Source of the DNA: Bdellovibrionales bacterium
Lineage (GTDB): Bacteria > Bdellovibrionota > UBA1018
Length of the DNA: 64,000 bases
Direction of reading: 5' to 3'
Assembly: GCA_018266355.1 (NCBI GenBank)
Contig: JAFEAP010000029.1
Location: forward strand, 14,305 to 78,304
Shown here: positions 8,384-17,701 of the stretch, in pieces
How the letters are laid out: every line of letters starts with the position of its first letter
Numbering within the stretch: position 1 is the first letter of the stretch
The notes under the pieces: model-generated
Database searches by the model: none
Seen by the model: the letters and a program-made list of their open reading frames with translations, nothing else
What the model was told of the DNA's origin: nothing
Translations under genes and position numbers: made by a program

Positions 8384-9801
8384 CCGGATCGAAACCGCGC
8401 GGCGGGGATAAACCGCTTCACCTCCATTTCATCGCGATCGGCGGCATCGGCATGTCGGGCGTCGCCGAGGTTTTTTTCAACCAGGGTTATTCGGTCAGCG
8501 GTTCGGACATTTCCGAAAGCGAGACGACGAAACACCTGCGCGAGATCGGGATCGACGTCGCGATCGGGCACCGGGCGGAAAACGTGCGGGAAGCGAGCGT
8601 CGTCGTCTATTCCTCCGCCGTGCGGAAAGACAATCCGGAAATGGTAGAGGCCCGGCGCCTCGGAATCCCCGTGATTCCGCGGGCCGAGGCACTCGGCGAA
8701 CTCATGCGCGGGAAGATCGGAATCGCGCTCGCCGGAACCCACGGGAAAACGACGACGACCACGCTCGTCGCGACGATCCTCGCCGAGGCCGGTCTCGATC
8801 CGACGATCCTCGTCGGCGGAAAAGTCGACGCGTTCGGCGGAAACGCACGCCTCGGCCAAGGCGAGTACGTCGTCGCCGAGGCCGACGAGAGCGACGGTTC
8901 GTTCCTTTTCCTGCCCGCGGTTTACGGCGCGATCACGAACATCGACGCGGATCACCTCGATCATTACGGGGACCTCGCGAAGATCGACGACGCGTTTTGC
9001 GCCTTCGCCGCGCGCATCCCGTTTTTCGGGAAGGTCTACGTTTGCGGAGACGACGCCGGCGTGCGGAGGAATCTCCCGCGCTTTTCGAAGCCGTACGCGA
9101 CCTACGGACTCGACGAGACGAACCACCTCCGCGCGACGAACCTCGAATCCACCGAACGCGGCACTTCCTTCGACGTCGAGGACGCCGAAGCCGGAAAACT
9201 CGGGCGAATCGATCTCGGCACCCACGGACTCCACAACGTCCGGAACGCGCTCGCGGCGGTCGGTCTCTCGGTGACCCTCGGAGTTCCTTTCGAAAAGATC
9301 CGCTCGGGGCTCGCGAAATTCCGCGGAGTCCGGCGGCGGTTCGACCTCCGGTACGAAGACGCGAAGCGCGGCGTTCGAATCCTCGACGACTACGGGCACC
9401 ACCCGACCGAAATCGCGGCGACCGTGGAAGCCGCGCGTTCGCTCCTCGGTCGAAGCGCGCGTAAAGGCCGTCTTCTTCTCGCGTTCCAGCCTCACCGCTA
9501 TACTCGTACCCAGCACTCGGCGGCCGAATTCGCCGAGTGTTTCGGCGGCTCCGATCGCCTCTACCTCACCGAGATTTACGCCGCGGGCGAAGATCCGATC
9601 CCGGGCATCGACGGGAAGTTCCTCGCGGACCGCGTATCGAAGGCGAAATCCCGTCCTCCCGAACTCCTTTTCGAGAAGAGCCTCGAGGACTGCGCGACCC
9701 GCATCGTGAGCGATCTCCGCGACGGCGACCTCGTCCTCTGCATGGGCGCCGGATCGGTGACGAAGCTTCCCGACCTGATCGTTTCCCGGCTCGGCGGTTA
9801 G
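8380..9801 (+). CDS. murC: UDP-N-acetylmuramate--L-alanine ligase
   Basis: MTGSKPRG...HFIAIGGIGMSGVAE, P-loop GTHGKTTTT and DADHLDHYG motifs. Start ATG 8380 overlaps the murG TGA (ATGA). The listed 814-aa ORF is an upstream in-frame extension through murG and was rejected. Confidence 0.9.
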   Translation: MTGSKPRGGDKPLHLHFIAIGGIGMSGVAEVFFNQGYSVSGSDISESETTKHLREIGIDVAIGHRAENVREASVVVYSSAVRKDNPEMVEARRLGIPVIPRAEALGELMRGKIGIALAGTHGKTTTTTLVATILAEAGLDPTILVGGKVDAFGGNARLGQGEYVVAEADESDGSFLFLPAVYGAITNIDADHLDHYGDLAKIDDAFCAFAARIPFFGKVYVCGDDAGVRRNLPRFSKPYATYGLDETNHLRATNLESTERGTSFDVEDAEAGKLGRIDLGTHGLHNVRNALAAVGLSVTLGVPFEKIRSGLAKFRGVRRRFDLRYEDAKRGVRILDDYGHHPTEIAATVEAARSLLGRSARKGRLLLAFQPHRYTRTQHSAAEFAECFGGSDRLYLTEIYAAGEDPIPGIDGKFLADRVSKAKSRPPELLFEKSLEDCATRIVSDLRDGDLVLCMGAGSVTKLPDLIVSRLGG

Positions 9802-9805
9802 CGCG

Positions 9806-10720
9806 ATGGGATGGACGGACGCGCTTCGAAATCTCGAAGGCTTCAGCGGGGACCGTCTCTACGGCGAACCCCTCTCGAAGCACACCTACTTCAAGATCGG
9901 CGGTCCGGCGACGGCCCTCGCGGTGCCGAAGTCGGAAGGGGACCTTCGGCTTCTCGCGAAACTCATCGCCTCCGAAAACGTCCCGTACGCGATCCTCGGA
10001 CTTGGCTCGAATCTGCTCGTCCGCGACGAGGGGCTCGATCTCCTTTGCCTGAAAACGACGAAGCTCCCGGGCGCCGCCGCGGAGGAGGGGGACGGGATCC
10101 GCGCCGGCGCCGGGATCGCGGTCGCGGCGTTCCTTCGGAAAGCCGCCGACTCGGGTTGGGACGGTTTCGAGGCGATCAGCGGCATTCCGGGCACCCTCGG
10201 AGGCGTCGTCGCCATGAACGGCGGAACTCACCTCGGGGAAGCGGCCGATCTCCTGCTCGAAGTCCGCACGTTCGACCTTCGAAAACCGGAAGCGCCGCTG
10301 CGCGCCCGCGGGCGGGACGAACTGAAATTCAGCTACCGGAAGAATCATTTTCTAGAGCCCGGTGAAATCGTCGTCGACGCGAAATGGAAACTCGTCCGGG
10401 GCGACTCCGCGACGATCCGCGAGAAGCTCGATTCGCTCTATCGGCGGCGCAAAGAAACCCAGCCCCTCGACTTTCCTTCTTGCGGAAGCGTCTTCAAGAA
10501 CCCGAAAGAGTCCGGACTTCGCGCGTGGGAGGTCGTCGAAAAGCTCGGCCTTCGCGGACATCGGATCGGGAACGCCCAGATCGCCGAGAAACACCCGAAC
10601 TGGATCTTGAACCTCGGCGACGCGAAGGCGCGCGACGTGATCGCCCTCATCGAGCTCGTGAAGTCCCGGGCGGCGGCCGAACTCGGGGTCACGATGGTCG
10701 AAGAGGTCCGGATCCTCTAA
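9806..10720 (+). CDS. murB: UDP-N-acetylenolpyruvoylglucosamine reductase
   Basis: FAD-binding MurB N-terminus (FKIGGPA, LGLGSNLL) and C-terminal MurB domain (GSVFKNP...G..IGNA..S..H.N...N); 304 aa. Confidence 0.9.
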   Translation: MGWTDALRNLEGFSGDRLYGEPLSKHTYFKIGGPATALAVPKSEGDLRLLAKLIASENVPYAILGLGSNLLVRDEGLDLLCLKTTKLPGAAAEEGDGIRAGAGIAVAAFLRKAADSGWDGFEAISGIPGTLGGVVAMNGGTHLGEAADLLLEVRTFDLRKPEAPLRARGRDELKFSYRKNHFLEPGEIVVDAKWKLVRGDSATIREKLDSLYRRRKETQPLDFPSCGSVFKNPKESGLRAWEVVEKLGLRGHRIGNAQIAEKHPNWILNLGDAKARDVIALIELVKSRAAAELGVTMVEEVRIL

Positions 10721-10855
10721 AAACGACGGAAAATCCGGAAAAGACGCCAATCGGTTGACGCCGATTCCGCGGGGGAAGCCGAAAAATGCATTTTTGGGGC
10801 CTTCCCGGATCTCCCGATATCAACCCGTTTAGGGGCTCCACCGATAAGCCTCTAG

Positions 10856-12058
10856 ATGGGCGCACCCGCCGAAAAACTCCATGCCGTCGACCCGAAGGAA
10901 GACCTGCTCTTCCTGATCCGCGCGTTCATCAAATACAACGCGTCGGACATGCACCTGCGCCCGAATCGACCGCCGCTTTACCGCATCAACGGACGTCTTT
11001 TGCCCGCGAGCATGCCGGCGCTCAGCGCCCAGCAGATCGAACAGATCTTGAACGCGTACATCCCGGACATCATGCGGAATACGCTCCAAACGAAGCGCCA
11101 AATCGACTTTTCGTTCGAGATCGAGGAGCTCGGTCGTTTCCGTTGCAATGTTTTCTACGCGACGAACCGCCTATCCTGCGCCATTCGCCGGATCCCGTTC
11201 GAGATCCCGCCGATCGAAAAACTCCGCGTTCCGGAAGTCTTGAAGGATCTCGTCACGAAATCGCGCGGACTCCTCCTGATCACCGGATCGACCGGCTCCG
11301 GGAAATCCACGACGATGGCGTCGCTCATCCAGCACCTGAACGACACCCAACGGCTCCACGTCGTGACGATCGAAGACCCGATCGAATACGTGTTCAAGGA
11401 CCAGAAAGCCGTGATCACCCAACGCGAGCTCGGCGTCGACTTTCCGAGCATGAACGAGGCGCTCGCCTCGTGCATGCGGCAGGACCCGGACGTCATCGTC
11501 GTCGGCGAAATGCGGGACTACGTCACGATCCAAACCGCGATCACCGCCGCCGAGACCGGACACCTCGTGATTTCCACCCTCCACACGAACGACGCGAAAT
11601 CCGCGCTCGATCGGATCCTCGACATGTTCCCGGCCGACCACAAGAACCAGATCCGCGTCCAGCTCGCGTCATCGCTCATCGGCATCGTCGCCCAACAACT
11701 CCTCGTCCGTGCCGACGGAAAGGGTCGCGTCCTCGCCTCCGAGGTCCTGGTGAAGTCTCCGTCCGTGGAACATGCGATCCGCACGCATCAGTTCGAAATG
11801 ATTCCCGACCTGATGGGCAAGAGCGAACTCTATTACAAGATGCAAACCATGAACATGGACCTCGAACGCCTGATCCGTGGCGAGCTCATCACGCTCGAAG
11901 AAGGCGTCTCCGCGTCCTTGAATCCGGACGACCTGAAACTCCGCCTCGCCGGTATCGACCGGAAGGAAGGTTACGAGTACGGCGCCGAGTCCACGAACGT
12001 CGAGAGCACCATCGAATACCACAACTCGAAGGCCGCCGGCGGCCGCAAAGGCGATTGA
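10856..12058 (+). CDS. pilT: Type IV pilus retraction (twitching motility) ATPase PilT/PilU family, with a ~50-aa C-terminal extension
   Basis: Walker A GSTGSGKSTT, Asp box and Walker B (DPDVIVVGEMRD), His box (HLVISTLHTNDA); 400 aa compared with ~345 aa for typical PilT. Confidence 0.85.
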   Translation: MGAPAEKLHAVDPKEDLLFLIRAFIKYNASDMHLRPNRPPLYRINGRLLPASMPALSAQQIEQILNAYIPDIMRNTLQTKRQIDFSFEIEELGRFRCNVFYATNRLSCAIRRIPFEIPPIEKLRVPEVLKDLVTKSRGLLLITGSTGSGKSTTMASLIQHLNDTQRLHVVTIEDPIEYVFKDQKAVITQRELGVDFPSMNEALASCMRQDPDVIVVGEMRDYVTIQTAITAAETGHLVISTLHTNDAKSALDRILDMFPADHKNQIRVQLASSLIGIVAQQLLVRADGKGRVLASEVLVKSPSVEHAIRTHQFEMIPDLMGKSELYYKMQTMNMDLERLIRGELITLEEGVSASLNPDDLKLRLAGIDRKEGYEYGAESTNVESTIEYHNSKAAGGRKGD

Positions 12059-12119
12059 GCGCGGGCCGTCAGGTCGAAGACCGTTGCCCTTCGTCGTTTT
12101 ATCCCGGTAAGCTAGGGGA

Positions 12120-12863
12120 GTGCGACTTCCTTTCATCTTACTGAAAGTCTTGGCGATCTGGGCCGGCTTCGCCGCCGTTCCGGTCGTCGTCGCGAAGATC
12201 GTTTCCGGAAACCGCGCGGCCGTGGCGACGTTTCTCGTCGTGGGCTTCGTCCTCTTTTTCGTCGCCGCCTTCGGCGAGCGAAAGATTCGGAAAACGCTCC
12301 GACCGAGTTCGATCCGGGTCGGACCCTACCGCGTGTACGCGATCGAAGACCCTTCGAGCCACGCCTTCGCGACCCAAGGCCTCCTCTCCGCCGACCCTAC
12401 GCTTTGGATCACTCGAGGGGCGCTTTCGCTCCTTTCCCCGAACGAGATCGCGTCGCTGATGACGGGCATGCGTGCGGCAGGTCACCAGGGCGGACTGCGT
12501 TTCGAAACGGCTTTGACCGCCATCCTGATCGGATTCACCGCGCGGATCCCGTCGGGCTTCCGCGAAATTCTCTTCTTCCGGCAGAAGCGTTCTAAGACCA
12601 TTTTAATTCGCGAGTCGGCGCGCGGCGTTTTCTGGGCGTCGTTCGTCCTGATCTTAGAGTTCTTTTATTTCGACCGCCGGTCGGGCTCTCCCCCGGTGGC
12701 GGAAGAGATCCTGCGCAAGCTCGAGGCGGAGTCCCGACGGTGCGTACCCCGCCTTCCGGTCGCTCTTTCGAGTCACTCCGCCGTCGCTCCGTGGCCGGAT
12801 GCATTTCTTACCCTCGGTCGCCCTTGTCTCCTTCCCGAGAGAGCGGTAAATCTTGAAGTATGA
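12120..12863 (+). CDS. Hypothetical membrane protein, possibly a degenerate (HExxH-less) HtpX/M48-like fold
   Basis: GTG start. Two N-terminal TM helices. The segment HAFATQGLL...TRGALSLLSPNEIASLMTGMRAAGH resembles the M48 region NAFATG...VTTGLL..L..DELEAVLAHEISH, but the catalytic HExxH is replaced by MTGMR. GC3 bias is consistent with coding. ATGA overlap with the next gene. Confidence 0.4.
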   Translation: MRLPFILLKVLAIWAGFAAVPVVVAKIVSGNRAAVATFLVVGFVLFFVAAFGERKIRKTLRPSSIRVGPYRVYAIEDPSSHAFATQGLLSADPTLWITRGALSLLSPNEIASLMTGMRAAGHQGGLRFETALTAILIGFTARIPSGFREILFFRQKRSKTILIRESARGVFWASFVLILEFFYFDRRSGSPPVAEEILRKLEAESRRCVPRLPVALSSHSAVAPWPDAFLTLGRPCLLPERAVNLEV

Positions 12864-13129
12864 CTTCGGCTCCCGAGACGGGAAATAAAATCGATTTAAC
12901 GACTTTCTTCCTCTCGATCGCGTCCGCGGCTTACATGGGTCTCGGACTCGGCCCCGGGGAAAAAAACGAAACGAACCTCGAACTCGCCCGCCAAAACATC
13001 GACCTGCTCGAACTCATGCAGTCGAAAACGAAGGGCAACCGTTCGGCCGAAGAAGACCGCCTCATCGACCAGCTCCTCTTCGAGCTCCGCCTGCGTTTCG
13101 TCGAAAAGACGAAACCGACCAAGGCTTGA
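12860..13129 (+). CDS. Small acidic protein, DUF1844-like
   Basis: 89 aa, IDLTTFFLSIASAAYMGLG...NLELARQNIDLLELMQ. Overlaps the stop of the upstream gene. Family assignment is from memory only. Confidence 0.5.
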   Translation: MTSAPETGNKIDLTTFFLSIASAAYMGLGLGPGEKNETNLELARQNIDLLELMQSKTKGNRSAEEDRLIDQLLFELRLRFVEKTKPTKA

Positions 13130-13148
13130 TTCCGCGTTCGGAGTATCT

Positions 13149-14606
13149 ATGAAAAAGACGTCGTTCGTATCCGTACTCGCATTCGCTTCCGCGCTGTCGC
13201 TTCCGGCGACCGCGCAGGATCTCGATCCGAACATCTTCGTGAACCTCTCGAAGAAAGTCGTTCCGTCGGTGGTGAACATCCAGACCGTCTCCCGCGGTCG
13301 ACGATCGTATAGCCGCGGCGGCGCGCCGGATGATCTCTTCCGGAAGTTCTTCGAGGACTTTTTCCGGAACGGGGGAGGCGGACGCCGGCCACCGCCGGAC
13401 GACGAGGACGACGGAAACGGAAACGTCCCGGAGGGGATGGCGCTCGGGACGGGCTTCATCATCGACGACTCGGGATTGATCTTGACGAACAACCACGTCG
13501 TCGCCGACGCCGACGAGATCAAGATCATCTTCACCGAGGACAACGACGAGAAGCCGACCGACGCGAAAGTCGTCGGCCGCGACCCGGATCTCGACCTCGC
13601 GCTCATCAAGGTCGAGACGAAACGAAAACTCGTTCCGGCCGTGCTCGGCGATTCCGACGCCCTCCAGGTCGGCGAATACGTCATGGCGGTCGGCAACCCC
13701 TTCGGCCAAGGCCACTCGGTCACTCACGGCATCATCTCCGCGAAAGGTCGGAAGTCTCCCGACTTCGCGCTCGCGAGCTACCTCCAAACGGACGCTCCGA
13801 TCAATCCGGGTAATTCCGGCGGCCCCCTCGTGAATCTGAAGGGCGAAGTCATCGGGATCAACAATGCGATCGACGCCCGCGCCCAGGGCATCGGCTTCGC
13901 GATCCCGATCAATTTCGCGAAGACCGTCCTGCCCCAGCTGAAATCGAAAGGCTCGGTCGCGCGCGGTTACATCGGCATCCAGGTGAACGATCTCACGCCC
14001 GAGATCGCGAATCGCGTCGAGGCACCGAAGGACGTCCGCGGGTGTTTCGTCGCGCACGTCTACCCGGGAGACCCGGCGGAACGGGCGGGCATCCGCCCCT
14101 ACGACATCATCACCGATTTCGCGGGCAAGAAGATCGCCTCTGCGAACGACCTCATCATGGCGGTGACCAGCACGACGGTCGGCGAGCACGCCGCCGTGAA
14201 AGTCGTCCGGTCGGGGAAAAACCAAGAACTCAAGATCAAGATCGGACTGCGGCCGAATTCGGCCCCGGAAGACCGGCGTCGTCCGAAGCCGTCTTCGAAA
14301 GAGGAACTCGGTAAAAAGCTTTCGGGACTCGAGGTCGAAGACCTGACCCCCGAATCGGCGAAAGAACTCGGCGTGAAAGAGAACCAAAAAGGCGTCGTCG
14401 TGAGCGACATCCGCTTCGAAAGCCCGGCGGACAAAGCCGGACTCGGCCGCGGCGACATCATCGTCGAGGTCGACCGGAAGCCCGTGAAAAGCGAGGCCGA
14501 TTTCTACCGGATGTTGCGGACGAAGAAGTCGTACTTGCTGCGGGTCCTTCGCGTCGACGAAACGGGACTCGAGAATTTTCAAGTTCTCGTACTCGACCTG
14601 AAATAA
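13149..14606 (+). CDS. htrA: Periplasmic serine endoprotease DegP/HtrA family (trypsin domain plus two PDZ domains)
   Basis: Signal peptide MKKTSFVSVLAFASALSLPATAQ. Catalytic triad context (TNNHVV, D, GNSGGPLVN). Two PDZ-like C-terminal domains; 485 aa. Confidence 0.9.
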   Translation: MKKTSFVSVLAFASALSLPATAQDLDPNIFVNLSKKVVPSVVNIQTVSRGRRSYSRGGAPDDLFRKFFEDFFRNGGGGRRPPPDDEDDGNGNVPEGMALGTGFIIDDSGLILTNNHVVADADEIKIIFTEDNDEKPTDAKVVGRDPDLDLALIKVETKRKLVPAVLGDSDALQVGEYVMAVGNPFGQGHSVTHGIISAKGRKSPDFALASYLQTDAPINPGNSGGPLVNLKGEVIGINNAIDARAQGIGFAIPINFAKTVLPQLKSKGSVARGYIGIQVNDLTPEIANRVEAPKDVRGCFVAHVYPGDPAERAGIRPYDIITDFAGKKIASANDLIMAVTSTTVGEHAAVKVVRSGKNQELKIKIGLRPNSAPEDRRRPKPSSKEELGKKLSGLEVEDLTPESAKELGVKENQKGVVVSDIRFESPADKAGLGRGDIIVEVDRKPVKSEADFYRMLRTKKSYLLRVLRVDETGLENFQVLVLDLK

Positions 14607-14676
14607 TGTCCCGTCGGCTCGAAAAATAGTCCCAAATTCGAGGATTTGGCGCGTCCCGGTCGCGCCTACGCCGCGA

Positions 14677-14705
14677 CTTGACGGTACGGGGTTTGCTCCC
14701 ATCTT
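14677..14705 (+). promoter_or_regulatory. Candidate sigma32 (RpoH)-type heat-shock promoter upstream of clpB
   Basis: CTTGAC (14677-14682), a 15-nt spacer, then CCCATCTT (14698-14705). This matches the sigma32 consensus CTTGAAA-N13-15-CCCCATNT. It lies ~27 nt upstream of the clpB ATG. Confidence 0.35.
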
Positions 14706-14731
14706 TCCTATAGGAAGAAGGTAGAAAAGCC

Positions 14732-17311
14732 ATGTCCCAGAAATTCACGGAATCGACACAGTCCCTGCTGCAGACCGCCCAGAACGAGGCGATCCGCCGA
14801 GACCACTCCGAATTCCTCCCCGAGCACATCCTTTTCGCGGCTCTCCAGGGCGATACCGCGATCCCCGAACTCCTTACGCTTTCGGGCGTGAAGCCCGACG
14901 CCGTCGCACGCGCGGCCGAGACCCTCCTCAGCCGACTCCCGCGCGTGCACGGCGGTAATTCGAACCTCTATCCCGGCGGAACCACGACGAGACTCCTCGT
15001 CCAAGCCGAGGACGAGGCGAAAAAGCTCGGCGATACCCACATCGCCCCCGAGCACTTCCTCCTCGGGATGCTCTCCCCGAAACTCGAAGGCACCGATCTC
15101 CAAAAAGAACTCCACCGCGTCGGGCTCACCCGAAAAGCCCTCGAATCCGCGATCGCCACCGCCCGAAAAGGGAAGAAAGTCGACAGCGCGACTTCGGACG
15201 CGCTCACGAGCGCCCTCGAAAAATACTGCAGGGACCTCACCGCGCTCGCGCGCAAACAGAAACTCGACCCGGTCATCGGCCGCGACGAGGAGATCCGCCG
15301 CGTGATCCAGGTCCTTTCGCGCAGGACGAAAAACAATCCCGTACTCATCGGCGAGCCCGGGGTCGGTAAAACCGCGATCGCCGAGGGCCTCGCGCTCCGA
15401 ATCGTGAACGGCGACGTTCCCGAATCGCTCAAGGATAAACGGCTCCTAACGCTCGATCTCGGCGCTCTCATCGCCGGCGCGAAATACCGCGGCGAATTCG
15501 AGGACCGGTTGAAAGGCGTCCTTAAGGAAGTGACCGACGCCGAAGGTAAAATCGTCCTCTTCATCGACGAACTCCACACGCTCGTCGGCGCCGGCGCGTC
15601 CGAGGGCGCGATGGACGCCTCGAACCTGCTGAAACCCGCCCTCGCCCGCGGCGAAGTCCACTGCGTCGGCGCGACCACGCTCGACGAATACCGGAAGCAC
15701 ATCGAGAAGGACGCGGCGCTCGAACGTCGGTTCCAACCCGTGTTCGTGAAGGAGCCGACCGTCGAAGACACGATATCGATCCTCCGCGGTCTCCGCGAGC
15801 GCTACGAAGTCCACCACGGCGTCCGCATCCGCGACGCCGCCCTCGTCGCCGCGGCGACGCTTTCGAACCGATACATCACCGACCGTTTTCTCCCGGACAA
15901 GGCGATCGACCTCGTCGACGAGGCCGCCGCCCGCATCCGAATGCAGATCGAATCGAGACCGGAAGAAGTCGACCAGATCGAACGCCGAACGCTCCAGCTC
16001 GAAGTCGAACGCGCGGCGCTCAAAAAAGAGAACGATAAATCCTCGAAGGAACGACTCGAAACCATCGACCGCGACCTCGCGAACCTGAAGGAACGGGGAT
16101 CCGCGCTGAAGGCCCGATGGGAAAACGAACGCGCCGAGATCCAAAAGGTGAAGACGTTCAAGGAACAAATCGAAAAACTTCGGCTTGAATCCGAGGCCGC
16201 CGAGCGTTCGGGAAATCTCGAGCGCGCGGCCGAACTCCGGTACGGGAAACTCCTCGGCCTCCAGAAGGAATACGACGCGATCGTCGCGAAAGGCGGGGAT
16301 CACGGCGACGGCGTCCTCGTGCGCCAGGAGGTCTCGGAGAACGACATCGCCGAGGTCGTCGCGAAGTGGACCGGTATTCCGGTCGCGAAGATGATCGAAG
16401 GCGAGCAATCGCGCCTCCTCAAGATGGAGGACCGGATCGGAGACCGCGTCATCGGCCAAAAGAAGGCGATCGACGCGATTTCGAACGCCGTCCGCCGATC
16501 GCGGATGGGTCTCCAGGAAAAGAACCGGCCGATCGGCTCGTTCCTCTTCCTCGGACCGACCGGCGTCGGGAAGACGGAGACCGCGAAGGCGCTCGCCGAA
16601 TTCCTCTTCGACGACGAACGCGCGATGATCCGGATCGACATGTCCGAATTCATGGAAAAGCACTCGGTCGCGCGCCTCCTCGGCGCCCCTCCGGGCTACG
16701 TCGGGTACGAAGAGGGCGGCGCGCTCACCGAAGCCGTCCGTCGTCGACCGTACTCGGTCATCCTTTTCGACGAGATCGAAAAGGCGCACCCGGACGTCTT
16801 CAACGTCTTCCTCCAGATTCTCGACGACGGGCGGGCGACCGACGGTCAAGGCCGCACGGTCGACTTCACGAACACCGTGATCATCATGACGTCGAACCTC
16901 GGTTCGCACCTGATCCTCGAGGAAAAGGACGTGAAGAAACGAGACGCGGAGATCCAAAAACTCTTGCGTTCGCACTTCCGGCCCGAGTTCTTGAACCGGA
17001 TCGACGAAGTGGTGACGTTCGACAACCTCGAACGCGGCCAACTCGCGAAGATCGTCGAAGCCTACACGTCGAAGTTGAACCAGATGCTCCGCGAACGCGG
17101 GGTCGTCCTCCGCTTCTCGGAAGCGGCGCTCGATCTCCTCACCGAGCGAGGCTACGACCCGGATTTCGGGGCTCGGCCGATGAAGCGGGTCTTCCAACGC
17201 GAGATCCAAAACCCCCTCTCGATCGGTCTCCTCGAAGGACGCTTCCCGAGCGGCACCCAAGTCGAAGTGGGCGTCAAAAAAGGGGAATTCGAGTTCCATC
17301 CGGTTAGTTGA
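14732..17311 (+). CDS. clpB: ATP-dependent chaperone / disaggregase ClpB
   Basis: 859 aa, two AAA+ modules ([15 protein letters not shown]; [15 protein letters not shown]), a long coiled-coil middle domain, and a Clp N-domain at the N-terminus. Confidence 0.95.
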   Translation: MSQKFTESTQSLLQTAQNEAIRRDHSEFLPEHILFAALQGDTAIPELLTLSGVKPDAVARAAETLLSRLPRVHGGNSNLYPGGTTTRLLVQAEDEAKKLGDTHIAPEHFLLGMLSPKLEGTDLQKELHRVGLTRKALESAIATARKGKKVDSATSDALTSALEKYCRDLTALARKQKLDPVIGRDEEIRRVIQVLSRRTKNNPVLIGEPGVGKTAIAEGLALRIVNGDVPESLKDKRLLTLDLGALIAGAKYRGEFEDRLKGVLKEVTDAEGKIVLFIDELHTLVGAGASEGAMDASNLLKPALARGEVHCVGATTLDEYRKHIEKDAALERRFQPVFVKEPTVEDTISILRGLRERYEVHHGVRIRDAALVAAATLSNRYITDRFLPDKAIDLVDEAAARIRMQIESRPEEVDQIERRTLQLEVERAALKKENDKSSKERLETIDRDLANLKERGSALKARWENERAEIQKVKTFKEQIEKLRLESEAAERSGNLERAAELRYGKLLGLQKEYDAIVAKGGDHGDGVLVRQEVSENDIAEVVAKWTGIPVAKMIEGEQSRLLKMEDRIGDRVIGQKKAIDAISNAVRRSRMGLQEKNRPIGSFLFLGPTGVGKTETAKALAEFLFDDERAMIRIDMSEFMEKHSVARLLGAPPGYVGYEEGGALTEAVRRRPYSVILFDEIEKAHPDVFNVFLQILDDGRATDGQGRTVDFTNTVIIMTSNLGSHLILEEKDVKKRDAEIQKLLRSHFRPEFLNRIDEVVTFDNLERGQLAKIVEAYTSKLNQMLRERGVVLRFSEAALDLLTERGYDPDFGARPMKRVFQREIQNPLSIGLLEGRFPSGTQVEVGVKKGEFEFHPVS

Positions 17312-17318
17312 TGCGATG

Positions 17319-17359
17319 AGACGACGCGGGGCGTGAAATTCACGTTCCCGTGTCGTCTT
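17319..17359. terminator. Imperfect GC-rich hairpin immediately after the clpB stop
   Basis: agacgacgcggggcgtgaa-a-ttcacgttcccgtgtcgtct forms a long imperfect stem-loop; there is no clear U-tract. Confidence 0.3.
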
Positions 17360-17392
17360 CCGCCTTTCCTGTGCGAGAATCAAGGAAGGGTT

Positions 17393-17701
17393 ATGGACAT
17401 CACCGAGATCAAAGTTTTTCCCGTCAACGAGGAAAAGCTCAAAGCCTACATCACGATCGTGCTCGACGATTGCTTCGTCGTCCGCGATTTGAAAATCATC
17501 GCGGGCGTCTCGGGTCTTTTCGTCGCCATGCCGAGCAAGAAGCGGAAGGACGGCACCTTCAAGGACATCGCCCATCCGCTGAACCAATCGACCCGCGCGA
17601 CGTTCGAGCAGAAGATCCTCGAAGCCTACCTCGTCGAGATCAAGCGGATCGGAGGCCAAGCCACCCAGTCCGCCGCCGAAGCCGAATCCGCCGATTCATG
17701 A
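17393..17701 (+). CDS. spoVG: SpoVG-family nucleic-acid-binding regulator
   Basis: MDITEIKVFPVNEEKLKAYITIVLDDCFVVRDLKIIAGVSGLFVAMPSKKRKDGTFKDIAHPLN matches the SpoVG core (ME.T.V...V.....LKA.A.I..D..FVV.D..VI.G..GLFVAMPS). RBS aaGGAAGGg lies 8 nt upstream. The ORF-track start at 17333 was rejected. Confidence 0.9.
   Translation: MDITEIKVFPVNEEKLKAYITIVLDDCFVVRDLKIIAGVSGLFVAMPSKKRKDGTFKDIAHPLNQSTRATFEQKILEAYLVEIKRIGGQATQSAAEAESADS

Noticed and set aside
7357-9801. 814-aa ORF-track entry spanning murG and murC
   Set aside because: The first ~340 codons are an alternative frame through murG (Arg/Pro-rich nonsense). The real murC begins at ATG 8380, overlapping the murG stop.
10786-12144. 452-aa plus-strand ORF overlapping pilT in another frame
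   Set aside because: Arg/Pro/His-rich composition, no motifs, and complete overlap with the strongly supported pilT reading frame.
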